From: a virus
Taxonomy: Duplodnaviria > Caudoviricetes
Reading direction: 5' to 3' (one strand)
IMG/VR virus record: IMGVR_UViG_3300025316_001101
DNA length: 64,000 nucleotides
Shown: positions 27,403 through 36,166 of the stretch, piece after piece
Numbering within the stretch: the stretch's first letter is position 1
Layout: each line of letters begins with the position of its first letter
Notes under the pieces: generated by a model
Told to the model about the DNA's origin: nothing
What the model saw: the letters and a program-made list of their open reading frames with translations, nothing else
Databases searched by the model: none
Program-made: the position numbers and the translations under genes

Positions 27403-27436
27403 AAAAAAGCCCACCCGGCGTGCCGGGTGGGCTTTT
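27403..27436 (-). terminator. GC-rich hairpin terminator, CCCACCCGGC family
   Basis: GCCCACCCGGC-GT-GCCGGGTGGGC with T tracts. Confidence 0.85.
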
Positions 27437-27539
27437 GAAACAGTCTTCATTTTCGATGTCTTACTCTATAATCCCAAATCAGTGTCCAAATGGTTATGAT
27501 TAACGACAAAGACACTATTATTACAAAGCTCCACATGCG

Positions 27540-28553
27540 TCAATCCTTAAAATTAACGGCTGCATCGATACCTTTTTCTTCCACATACCGCTTAATTCCT
27601 GAAGATGCAAAATACTGATCTCCATAAATTTTGAAATCTGCCTGTAGCGGCTGTCCAGACTGCACATTCTCTTGCAGTACCTTTTCCATCATACCGTTTC
27701 TGCTGGAAATGTAGTCTAACCGACTAATAATTCCTGCTTCTAACGACTGGGGCTCCTTGATACTTCCCCATGCAACAGTCCCGTGATGAGCAGCTATGCA
27801 ATGCATTAATTCAATTACAAATTCTGGTTCCACTTGAATCTTACCTTCTTCAGCTATCGTTTGAACCAAGAACATTCCATAAGGAATGTGACCAATAATC
27901 TTCTCGGTAATCAATTGATGCGTAGTACCGATTGCATTGAATGAATATGTTTTCACCTTCCCAATATCATGCAAAATAGCTGCGGCGTACAAAACATCTT
28001 TATTGATGAAACCATATCTTGAAAAAGATACATCAACATATGCCCTACAAAGAGCTAACACCTCTGCTGAATGCACTAACAATCCACCATTGTAAGCATG
28101 ATGAATTAATACGGCTGCTGGACTCATTTTAAGCTTTTCTAAATCCAATTTGCCCAAACAAGCCATAACAAAACGATGATGCTCTGAGTTTTCCCAAAAA
28201 GAACTATCCTTCAACAAGGCAAAAGCTTCTCGCATTTCATCGTCTGAAGCCTTATAAACCTTAAAAATTGCACTATCTTCTTTTGGAACTGATTCTTTAG
28301 TAATATTATGCCAAGCATCAATAACGATATTCTGGTACTCCGCCATCTGATCCTTGAAAGCATCTAACTGGATTATGTCTCCAACGTGAGGATAATTAGG
28401 ATTGGTTTGTACGTCATTGGGCACTCCCCACATAAAGGATTTGACAACCCCAACCTTTGTTCGTAGCATCACTTGCCAATATAGCTTGTTTTGCTTTGTC
28501 GTGCGTAATTCTTGGTCGATCACAACCGCTCTAAGCGGATTCGGTAAACTCAT
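27540..28553 (-). CDS. yhaM: YhaM/Cbf1-like OB-fold plus HD-domain 3'-5' exonuclease
   Basis: N-terminal OB-like TTKQNKLYW..LRTKVG; HHAYNGGLLVHS, ILHDIGKVKTY, GHI, AHHG, RLDYISS. Confidence 0.85.
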   Translation of the reverse strand: MSLPNPLRAVVIDQELRTTKQNKLYWQVMLRTKVGVVKSFMWGVPNDVQTNPNYPHVGDIIQLDAFKDQMAEYQNIVIDAWHNITKESVPKEDSAIFKVYKASDDEMREAFALLKDSSFWENSEHHRFVMACLGKLDLEKLKMSPAAVLIHHAYNGGLLVHSAEVLALCRAYVDVSFSRYGFINKDVLYAAAILHDIGKVKTYSFNAIGTTHQLITEKIIGHIPYGMFLVQTIAEEGKIQVEPEFVIELMHCIAAHHGTVAWGSIKEPQSLEAGIISRLDYISSRNGMMEKVLQENVQSGQPLQADFKIYGDQYFASSGIKRYVEEKGIDAAVNFKD

Positions 28554-29394
28554 TATGTATTTTCCTGTATTTTGGTTCAAATGTTAAATAATCGTAATGC
28601 GGAAAATTAAGGTGACAATCACCAAACAACCTCAGTGAATGATAGTCAAAATTCTTTGCTGCGTCAATAGGATTATCAAAAGACCCCAAGTATAACTCCT
28701 TGCCATCAATTGCGATCCGTGCCTGCCATGTGTTCCCACGTTTTCTTACACCCTTATACATGGCTTTTGTTGGCTTCAATCTCATGGCTGCTTTTTGTTT
28801 TTCAATAGCTAAATCACTTTGCTTATGGCCCATCTTGGCTAACGACAATTTTGCCTTAGAATCTTCTGTCATATGTTTTCCAACATTTCCCAACCCTATC
28901 TTTCTTTTTATCTCATCTGTATGTTTCATACCCATGTGTGATGCACTCATTTGTTGTTTTGTTTGATTAGTAACCATTCGTTTACATTGCGATTCACTTA
29001 ATTTAGCTCTAGATTCCGCAGACCACACCCTTCTGCTGTTAGCCGCTCCTATTTTCCTTTTGGTTTCTTCCTTATGTTTTCTACCTCTTGGACTTCCACC
29101 AGATGTTGGTTGTATATTATAACACCACCCCCACACACAATCTATCCAATACTGTTCTTTACCATCCAAATTATTTTCATTACCCACCTCTTCCAATATA
29201 TAAAATTCAAAATTACATCCTCCATACTTATTCCAAGCATTCTGCAAATGATTGTTATAATGTTTATTCGATTTAAGTAATGATTTATGTTCACAAAATC
29301 TGCGATGTATTCCTTTTCTCAAACACGCCTGCCCGACATATATTTTACCGTCAATCTTGTTTTTTATCCCGTATATACCTTGAATCTTGTTCAT
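28531..29394 (-). CDS. GIY-YIG homing endonuclease with NUMOD3-like repeats and AP2 domain
   Basis: GIYGIKNKIDGKIYVG...RRFCEH...LQNAWNKYG..FEFYILEE...YNI; GRKHKEETKRKI repeats; YKGVRKRGNTWQARI..YLGSFD..AAKNFD. Confidence 0.92.
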   Translation of the reverse strand: MNKIQGIYGIKNKIDGKIYVGQACLRKGIHRRFCEHKSLLKSNKHYNNHLQNAWNKYGGCNFEFYILEEVGNENNLDGKEQYWIDCVWGWCYNIQPTSGGSPRGRKHKEETKRKIGAANSRRVWSAESRAKLSESQCKRMVTNQTKQQMSASHMGMKHTDEIKRKIGLGNVGKHMTEDSKAKLSLAKMGHKQSDLAIEKQKAAMRLKPTKAMYKGVRKRGNTWQARIAIDGKELYLGSFDNPIDAAKNFDYHSLRLFGDCHLNFPHYDYLTFEPKYRKIHNEFTESA

Positions 29395-29548
29395 GTGTTA
29401 TCTTCTCGATATCTAAAAGACTATATCGTCTATGACCACCAAGCGTTCTAATTGGGCATAACTTTCCAGCAGCATCCCAATTTCTCAATGTCTTTGTTGT
29501 TACACCCAACAACTCTGCTGCTCGCTTAATGGTTATTAATCTTTGCAT
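29351..29548 (-). CDS. stand-alone MerR-type HTH (resembles IS607 TnpA N-terminus)
   Basis: AAELLGVTTKTLRNWDAAGKL.PIRTLGGHRRY; preceded by TATATA-N4-ATG. Confidence 0.85.
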   Translation of the reverse strand: MQRLITIKRAAELLGVTTKTLRNWDAAGKLCPIRTLGGHRRYSLLDIEKITHEQDSRYIRDKKQD

Positions 29549-29551
29549 ATC

Positions 29552-30970
29552 TTATATATCGTCTTCATTACAAGTTTTTCTAAGTTTTTCTATTTTTTGT
29601 GTTGTGGAATCGCAAATAATGGTGCCAATAATCTGCACGGGCACAATGTCATGTCCAGCTATATCCTCAACCTTCCAGTCTCCACCCTTGACAAGCAGAT
29701 CAGGCATAATTTCTTTAATCAAATTATAAGGTGTATCTTCATTAAAAGAAACCACAAAATCTACACTCTCTAAACCAGCCACCACATCCATTCTGTCTTC
29801 TAATGTCATAACCGGTCTATCATGCCCCTTTAATCGCCTTACGCTTTCATCGCCATTAATTGCCACAATCAACCTGTCTCCAAGCTGTTTAGCTTTATCT
29901 AAATATCTTACGTGCCCTTTAGTTAAACCACAATCAAAACATCCATTTGTAAAAACTAACTTGTAATCCCGTTCCTTGGGTGGCATACACAACTTAGCCC
30001 GCACAGGGTCCACATGCCGCATCAATTCATAAGGTGTCACCGGCTTATTATGCATATTCTGCACATAAACAGCCCCAGCCTCGAATGCCACTTGAGCTAC
30101 GTCCACCACATCCATCCCATGTGCTAAACCCATAGCTAAGAAAGCCATAAAACAATCACCGGCTCCAATCACGCTATTGGCAACAACGCTTTTTCTTGGC
30201 CGATATTCAAAATATCTGCCTGCCACCTTGCCTACGACTCCATTGCCTCCTTGGGTAATGACTACTGCCATACATTTTGCACTATCTTGAATTAAATCAC
30301 ACTGTCTCTCCCAGTCCTTAATCCCTGTCATTAATTCGGCTTCTTTAGAATTTGGCTTAAAAACAGTACACCCTTCCCACTCCCCTATGTTCAAATTTTT
30401 AGAATCTACAATGGTAATGATATCTTCATCACGCATGCTTTTCAACCATCTCTGTTTGCCCCAAGGATATCCATTAAATACACCCTTTTGATAATCTGAA
30501 AAAATAACCACTTCTGGTTTGGGGGCCGCACTAAATTTTTCTTCCAACGCTTCTTGAGATGCAACAATACTTGACATGCCATAATCTGATTCTTCCACAT
30601 CCCAACGACACAAAGGAAATTCTCCCTGATAATAACGCTTCTTGATGGGTACGTGCCCATCAGGAATCGTATGACAATTTGCCGTACCAATCCTAGATTC
30701 CATCAAAACCCATCTGGCATAACTATCAATCATAGCAAACAATTGCACATCTATATCGAAATGTCTAAATTGACACGCAACATTACCAACGCCGCCTGGA
30801 ACTGCCACCTTGCATACATCACTAGCCGATTTCATTATGGGTACTGGAAATTCTGGGGATACTCGATTGGCATCCACCTCATAATATTGATCAATTAGCA
30901 TATCACCCACTAAGGCAATTTTTGGCTTGCGTTCTTTTGATCTTCTTAGAAATTCATGTATAGCTTCCAT
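29552..30970 (-). CDS. hldE: bifunctional heptose kinase / nucleotidyltransferase (HldE/RfaE-like)
   Basis: PfkB part: GDMLID.Y...RVSPEFPVP, GGVGNVA, SDYQKG, GAGDCF. Nucleotidyltransferase part: FTNGCFD..TKGH, GDRLIVAINGDESVRRLKG..RP, KGGD, STT. Confidence 0.93.
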   Translation of the reverse strand: MEAIHEFLRRSKERKPKIALVGDMLIDQYYEVDANRVSPEFPVPIMKSASDVCKVAVPGGVGNVACQFRHFDIDVQLFAMIDSYARWVLMESRIGTANCHTIPDGHVPIKKRYYQGEFPLCRWDVEESDYGMSSIVASQEALEEKFSAAPKPEVVIFSDYQKGVFNGYPWGKQRWLKSMRDEDIITIVDSKNLNIGEWEGCTVFKPNSKEAELMTGIKDWERQCDLIQDSAKCMAVVITQGGNGVVGKVAGRYFEYRPRKSVVANSVIGAGDCFMAFLAMGLAHGMDVVDVAQVAFEAGAVYVQNMHNKPVTPYELMRHVDPVRAKLCMPPKERDYKLVFTNGCFDCGLTKGHVRYLDKAKQLGDRLIVAINGDESVRRLKGHDRPVMTLEDRMDVVAGLESVDFVVSFNEDTPYNLIKEIMPDLLVKGGDWKVEDIAGHDIVPVQIIGTIICDSTTQKIEKLRKTCNEDDI

Positions 30971-30994
30971 GTAAATATTAGAGTGATAAAAAAG

Positions 30995-31026
30995 AAAACC
31001 TGCTCGGCCATCGGCCGAGCAGGTTT
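30995..31026 (-). terminator. hairpin terminator
   Basis: AAACCTGCTCGGCC-ATC-GGCCGAGCAGGTTT. Confidence 0.85.
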
Positions 31027-31055
31027 AGGGGGACACACGACACTTTACAATAGTA

Positions 31056-31556
31056 TCATTTTGTGAATTCTACCACATCAAATTCCTGTCGTTGTTCTAA
31101 CACTGATTTCTTCCATTCTGGGCCTAATTCTGGGAAAAAGATATCCCCCTCATAATCACCATGTACCTCTGTAGCATATATTTTATCCACCACGCCATCC
31201 TTGAGTGCAGTTTCATAAATCTGCCTTCCTCCCACAATAAATGTTTCACTACTATTGGGACAATACCAAGTGGCAAATTTAATTGCTGATTTCAAATCTG
31301 GATGAAAATAGACAAATTGCGACAAATCATCCTCTATGAACAATTCCAAACTTTTCTTGGTTTGGCTAACAATAACGTTAAGTCTTCCTTTCAAAGGACG
31401 CTTTGGCAGACTATCCCAAGTTTTTCTACCTAAAATTACAGGATGCCCAAGCGTCCTAGCTTTGAATAGCTTTAGATCCTCTGGGATATGCCAGGGAAGA
31501 GCATTGTTAGAACCAATTAGACGATTTTTGTCAAATGCTACAATTATTGAAATCAT
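31056..31556 (-). CDS. folA: dihydrofolate reductase
   Basis: IG..NALPWHIPEDLKLFK..T.GHPVILGRKTWDSL..RPL.GR.NVIVS; IVGGRQIY; GDIFFP. TGCTATACT-N6-ATG suggests a leaderless mRNA. Confidence 0.95.
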   Translation of the reverse strand: MISIIVAFDKNRLIGSNNALPWHIPEDLKLFKARTLGHPVILGRKTWDSLPKRPLKGRLNVIVSQTKKSLELFIEDDLSQFVYFHPDLKSAIKFATWYCPNSSETFIVGGRQIYETALKDGVVDKIYATEVHGDYEGDIFFPELGPEWKKSVLEQRQEFDVVEFTK

Positions 31557-31573
31557 GCCATTAGTATAGCACG

Positions 31574-32614
31574 TTATTGAAATAATGCAAGTTGCCCTGG
31601 AGCCGGGCCTCTTCTACGTCTTGGTCGCAAAGGCTGTAATCGACCGATATCTCTAAATCCTGGCGGTATGGTTATTCCGGGCCTGGGAGCATCGCTTGGA
31701 TCACCCATTACTTTGTTCAGAGTTTCTTTGGCGTTTGATGTATCCAAAAGAGCCCTATACTCTGGATATCGCAAAGGCATTTTCTCCACCAACTTCTTAA
31801 TTTTTACAGCATAATCCTGTAGTGTACCCATTGGAATTGGATCTATACTATGACTGTAAATATTCATCATCTCTAACGATTCACCAAGATTGATGACAAT
31901 CACTCTGTATTTATTATCCGAAGCAACACCAACTATTAAACCAATTGTATTTCCAGAGCTACCTCGATATATTCTCATGATCTTACCGACATTAGCTCGT
32001 CTCTCCATAGCCTCTTTTCGCAGTCTAACTTTATCCGTTCGAATTGACTGCAACTGTTCCTCCGTATGTTTCTTTTGTACTGCGGATCTTGTGTTAATAA
32101 ATTCCTGCTTGTCTTTTGGCAATGTTTTGATATATTCTTTACGCATAAACAGACCTTCGTCAACCTGCACAAACTTATCCTCTAAAAATTTATCAAAAAA
32201 TCGCTTGTATATTAAAGCCATTGAATGTTCGTATGGAGAAAAATAGATTGCATTTGGATCTACTTTATTAAAAAACAACTTGATGCCATAAAGCATCTTG
32301 CCGTACACATCAGTTGCATTTGCATTATGCGTCAAACTCCATCCCTGGGGACCATACAGCGATATGTCCCAAGAATTTACTGTAAGCTCGCCACTTCTTG
32401 TGTTGGTTTCTGGATCTCGCTGAACTATTGTGTGATCTAAATCAGACATAGCCAAACTGTATTCATTTGAGTGCCCGTCATTGTCAGTGGAAAAAAATTT
32501 ACACCTAAAACTTCCGGCCCCACCAACTAACTTGACATCTGGATAATTCTTGGCCGTTAACTCTAAAATCTCATTAAACTGCCTCTTTTCTATCCATTCT
32601 TGAAAGCACTTCAT
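31574..32614 (-). CDS. hypothetical protein with capsid-targeting-like N-terminus
   Basis: 346 aa beginning MKCFQEWIEKR. Confidence 0.7.
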   Translation of the reverse strand: MKCFQEWIEKRQFNEILELTAKNYPDVKLVGGAGSFRCKFFSTDNDGHSNEYSLAMSDLDHTIVQRDPETNTRSGELTVNSWDISLYGPQGWSLTHNANATDVYGKMLYGIKLFFNKVDPNAIYFSPYEHSMALIYKRFFDKFLEDKFVQVDEGLFMRKEYIKTLPKDKQEFINTRSAVQKKHTEEQLQSIRTDKVRLRKEAMERRANVGKIMRIYRGSSGNTIGLIVGVASDNKYRVIVINLGESLEMMNIYSHSIDPIPMGTLQDYAVKIKKLVEKMPLRYPEYRALLDTSNAKETLNKVMGDPSDAPRPGITIPPGFRDIGRLQPLRPRRRRGPAPGQLALFQ

Positions 32615-32898
32615 TTAACCTCTCCCCTACAAACCGTAACGGCTGCAACATAAGCTGGTCTATTTTTACACATTGGATACTTGGGACAATCTGGGTACAC
32701 TAACGCCATCGACTTTCCTGTTAATATCCCTTTCCGCTTACAAGGCATACCCGTAAATGTCGTCTTCTTTTTGGGTATGGGTAATGGAACAAACGGTGGT
32801 GGAGTAGGCTCTCCACCTATATCCACAGGCATATCGCCCCACTCAGCAATGTCCGTTCCATCTACCCATTCGTTTAATGCTATATTTGTCCAAGCCAT
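32611..32898 (-). CDS. hypothetical protein (probably leaderless)
   Basis: TATATA-ACTTC-ATG at 32898. Confidence 0.55.
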   Translation of the reverse strand: MAWTNIALNEWVDGTDIAEWGDMPVDIGGEPTPPPFVPLPIPKKKTTFTGMPCKRKGILTGKSMALVYPDCPKYPMCKNRPAYVAAVTVCRGEVK

Positions 32899-32923
32899 GA
32901 AGTTATATACTAATCCATCAAAC

Positions 32924-32954
32924 AAAAACGCCCGGCCGAAGCCGGGCGTTTTTT
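32924..32954. terminator. terminator, CGCCCGGC family
   Basis: AAAAACGCCCGGC-CGAA-GCCGGGCGTTTTTT. Confidence 0.88.
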
Positions 32955-32960
32955 ACCCTC

Positions 32961-33680
32961 TTAGAGAAGATAATCCTCTAACTTCTCACCCTCATTCCCT
33001 TTCCACGTGCTTGGATCATCCGTTTGTTCTCCTGATCTCAGCATAATACACCCGCAATTTTTGAATGCATCTACTGAAATATAGGCCAAAAGCTTAGCAT
33101 ATGGTTTGCCATCCGATCCTTCGTCTATTTTCAACCATATTTGTACTCCCTCCTTCTTGAAGGCCACAAAAGATTTGCTTCTTTCGTTGTTGTAGGCGGG
33201 AGTTACCCACTCATTGAATATTTCTTGATCTTCCTTGTCCACCACTGTACATTTGCTTCCATTCTTAGTTTCTATGACCTTGGTAGCTACACCCCAATCT
33301 TCTAGGGCCTTCTTGTATTGTTTAATAACATCCTTGGTTCTAGGAAGAAGCAATCTATCCTGGCTTACCGGCATGCAAATAGTATATTTTGATTTTCCAT
33401 GTGCATCCCGACCTTCAACAATCTTATATGGCGGTACAACCGTACCCACCTTTTCCGAGATAAACTTAACTCCCTCAAAAATAACATCACTACCATACTT
33501 GCTATATCTTACCTTGCATTGAAACACACCAAAGTCAATTCCATCATGAATATCTCCTGGTGTCCCACATAGATCGGGCAAATCCTCCCCAAATCTATTC
33601 ATTAAATAACGTCTAATAAAATCTGCTTGTTTGTTACCAGCGGACAACCTCTGTTGAAACGATTTGCATTTTAGATCCAT
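32961..33680 (-). CDS. hypothetical protein
   Basis: 239-aa ORF with no family recognised. Confidence 0.7.
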   Translation of the reverse strand: MDLKCKSFQQRLSAGNKQADFIRRYLMNRFGEDLPDLCGTPGDIHDGIDFGVFQCKVRYSKYGSDVIFEGVKFISEKVGTVVPPYKIVEGRDAHGKSKYTICMPVSQDRLLLPRTKDVIKQYKKALEDWGVATKVIETKNGSKCTVVDKEDQEIFNEWVTPAYNNERSKSFVAFKKEGVQIWLKIDEGSDGKPYAKLLAYISVDAFKNCGCIMLRSGEQTDDPSTWKGNEGEKLEDYLL

Positions 33681-33766
33681 AAATTTTCCAAATAAATTGT
33701 GAACGACGATACTATATAATAGCAGGCAATGAAAGGAAGTGCAAGATGATTACAATTAAAGGTGAA

Positions 33767-34999
33767 TTACCCCGCCCCTAAAGAGGGCGGGGCTTCCGTT
33801 CCAACTAACAGCCCATCTTTGACGGGTCTTATGTCAGGACAAACGGCTAATCCTCGATTCCAGCGAGGAGTTATACCTTCATTGTGAATATTGGTGGCAG
33901 CATTTTCATCCCTATCGTGATTAGTCCAACAATTCCAACAAGTCCATTCTCTATCTTCAAGAGTCAAGTCCTTGTTTTGCCAACCACATACAGAGCATAA
34001 TTGCGAAGATGGAAACCATTTATCCACCTGTCGCAACTCACGACCATACCATTCACATTTGTATTTTAGTTTTTGAATGAACGAAGAAAATGAGGCATCA
34101 TTTTGTTTCCTATGATACGCTCGTTCTCTCCATCGTTCAATTTTCCTAATTTCAGGATCAGCGTTCTTGAGCATATCCTTGACCGACAATGTTTCTAAAA
34201 CAATGACTTGGTTTTCGTTCACTATTTTAGTGCTAACTTTGTGCTGGAAGTCCTCACGAATGTTCCTGATGCGTTGCTCTAACTGGTTTAGTTTGAGATA
34301 CGCTTCTGTCCTACCTTTGCTTTCTTTTTCAGTTCTATTCTTTGCTTTCTTCAAAAACTTCAACCGATTGGAATATTTGGTTCTCGGCAATGGGTTTTTG
34401 TATTTTGTTCCATCGCTACCAACAATAGCACTAACATTTAAGTCAATACCGATGGTTTTATTTGTTGGTTTTAGTTTAGGAATGTCTCGGCTAGTCGTAA
34501 TGCTGATGAAATATTGTCCCGCTTTGTTCTTACTTACCGTAGCAAACTCAATCTCGCCTTCTAATGGTCGGTGAAGCAGAATACGGATGCCTTCCTTGAA
34601 CTTTGGAAAACTTACTTTGTTGCCTTCCACTTTGATGTTTTGTTGGACACGGAATGATTGTTTGCCGTGTTTCTTCTTGAAACGAGGAAATCCCTTTTTG
34701 CCTTTCTTTTGTTTTTTGATGTTGTTGAAGAAATTATCGTATGCGTTTTGTAAGCATCGGGCAGAGTATTGTAATGGTTGGCTTGATGGTTCTTTGAGCC
34801 AAGGTAGTTCTTTCTTCATTTCGGGAAGCGAAGTGGCATTGTCATAATAGTTGAGCGTCTTACCTTCACTTTGATAGGCGGTCATACGTCCAGCAAGCCA
34901 ATGATTATACAGAAACCTTACACAACCGAAATGCTTATTTAGTAGCACTTCCTGTTCAGATGTTGGTTCTAATCTGTATTTGTAAGAAACTAAACTCAC
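33767..34999 (-). CDS. tnpB: TnpB RNA-guided endonuclease, catalytic triad intact
   Basis: N-terminal YKYRLEPT..Q..LLNKHFGCVRFLYN; RuvC-I GID, RuvC-II VLE, Zn finger CSVC...CWNC, RuvC-III HDRDENAATNI. Confidence 0.95.
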   Translation of the reverse strand: MSLVSYKYRLEPTSEQEVLLNKHFGCVRFLYNHWLAGRMTAYQSEGKTLNYYDNATSLPEMKKELPWLKEPSSQPLQYSARCLQNAYDNFFNNIKKQKKGKKGFPRFKKKHGKQSFRVQQNIKVEGNKVSFPKFKEGIRILLHRPLEGEIEFATVSKNKAGQYFISITTSRDIPKLKPTNKTIGIDLNVSAIVGSDGTKYKNPLPRTKYSNRLKFLKKAKNRTEKESKGRTEAYLKLNQLEQRIRNIREDFQHKVSTKIVNENQVIVLETLSVKDMLKNADPEIRKIERWRERAYHRKQNDASFSSFIQKLKYKCEWYGRELRQVDKWFPSSQLCSVCGWQNKDLTLEDREWTCWNCWTNHDRDENAATNIHNEGITPRWNRGLAVCPDIRPVKDGLLVGTEAPPSLGAG

Positions 35000-35160
35000 T
35001 TGTCTCCTGATTGTTTGATATAATCACGAATGAAATCACGCAATGCTTCCGACATTGTTTTGTAGTTCTTGACGCACGCCAACTGAAACTTGTGCATCAG
35101 TGTAGGTTGTATCAAGATGGTTAGGTGCTTCGTGGCTTTTTCTTTGTCTATGTTTTCCAT
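34996..35160 (-). CDS. ribbon-helix-helix (CopG/Arc-like) protein, 54 aa, missed by the ORF track
   Basis: MENIDKEKATKHLTILIQPTLMHKFQLACVKNYKTMSEALRDFIRDYIKQSGDK*; its TGA overlaps the tnpB GTG start. Confidence 0.8.
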   Translation of the reverse strand: MENIDKEKATKHLTILIQPTLMHKFQLACVKNYKTMSEALRDFIRDYIKQSGDK

Positions 35161-35452
35161 ACCAATATACATAGTGTTCTTGGTATCAATTTTTGAAAGA
35201 AATCCGACAATTTTTCCAAAATAATTTTTCCAAGCCGTTTCAACTGATTTTCAGCCCATTTTGATGGGAGGACATTGACCAAACTAAATCAGCGTCAATC
35301 AGTGGTGATTTTGACTAATTTCCATTATGACGCCTTACATCCCGCTACCCTAAAGAGGTTTGCCCTGTTCATTCGGTCGTTCGCCTACGGCTCACTTTCT
35401 CACTCACAGAGCAAACAATCCTTTGGATTGTAGGGGTTTTACGGCGTCCGAG

Positions 35453-36166
35453 ATAAAACTACAACGAGCATTTTGTAAATATGGTGAGTCAGCATTTATG
35501 TTTGAAATAATAGAGCACACATCCGAAAACACATTGTTGGAAAGAGAACAATATTATTTGGACACTTACTGCGATCTTTATAATATTGGCAAACAAGCTA
35601 CGGGTGGAGACAATCTAACATCTCACCCCAACAGAGAAGACATAATCCGCAAAATGAGCGAAGGCTCTAAAAAAGCCAAATCCGAATGGACTGAAGAAAA
35701 ATGGATTAAATACAAGATGAACATTACTGGCAGCAAAAACCCAAATTATGGCAATCGCTGGGACTCCAGCCAACGTGCCAAAATGAGTGCCCGCCGAAAA
35801 GGAAGCAAGACAGACATTGAAACCAAAAATAAAATAAGTGCCGCTTCAAAAAAGATGTGGCAGAATGATGAATACAGACACAAAGAGGCAGAGAGAAGAA
35901 AAGGCAGTGGAAATTCATTCTACGGAAAACACCACACCATAACCTCAAAAGAAAAAATAAGCAGCGTCCAAAAAGATAGATTTTCCAAAATGACGCCAGC
36001 AGAAAAGAAAAAAGCAATTCCTAACATTAAAAAAATAAGCATCGACGGCGTTGTTTTCAACAGTGCCGTCGATGCTGCCAAATCACTTAACATATTAAGA
36101 TCTACGATCTGGTATAGGTTACACTCAAAGAACCCAAAATTTGCCCACTATCAATATATCGACTAA
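35453..36166 (+). pseudogene. N-terminally truncated GIY-YIG endonuclease (NUMOD3-like repeats, C-terminal HTH)
   Basis: Starts mid-domain at IKLQRAFCKYGESAFMFEIIE...YNIG; GIY/YIG/Arg motifs are absent. The upstream part of the listed ORF is IS left-end DNA. Confidence 0.8.

Larger units (their letters stand above)
33762..35452 (-). mobile_element. non-autonomous IS200/IS605-family element (RHH plus tnpB, no tnpA)
   Basis: Right end GAAG-CCCCGCCCTCTTTAGGGGCGGGG-TAATTCAC ends at 33762. Left end (TTTAT)|CTCGGACGCCGTAAAA-CCCCTAC...CTCTTTAGGGTAGCGGG-ATGTAAGGCGTC starts at 35452. No target duplication. Confidence 0.85.

Noticed and set aside
33767-34999. Nuclease-dead TnpB (TldR-type repressor)
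   Set aside because: All three RuvC acidic residues and the Zn finger are present.
35160-35340. Remnant tnpA (Y1 HUH or serine recombinase) inside the IS
   Set aside because: No HUH/Y or serine-recombinase motifs found by eye; the only credible ORF is the RHH gene.
35360-35452. Listed N-terminus (MPCSFGRS...) of the 268-aa GIY-YIG ORF as native sequence
   Set aside because: It is read-through of IS left-end hairpin DNA; homology starts at 35453.
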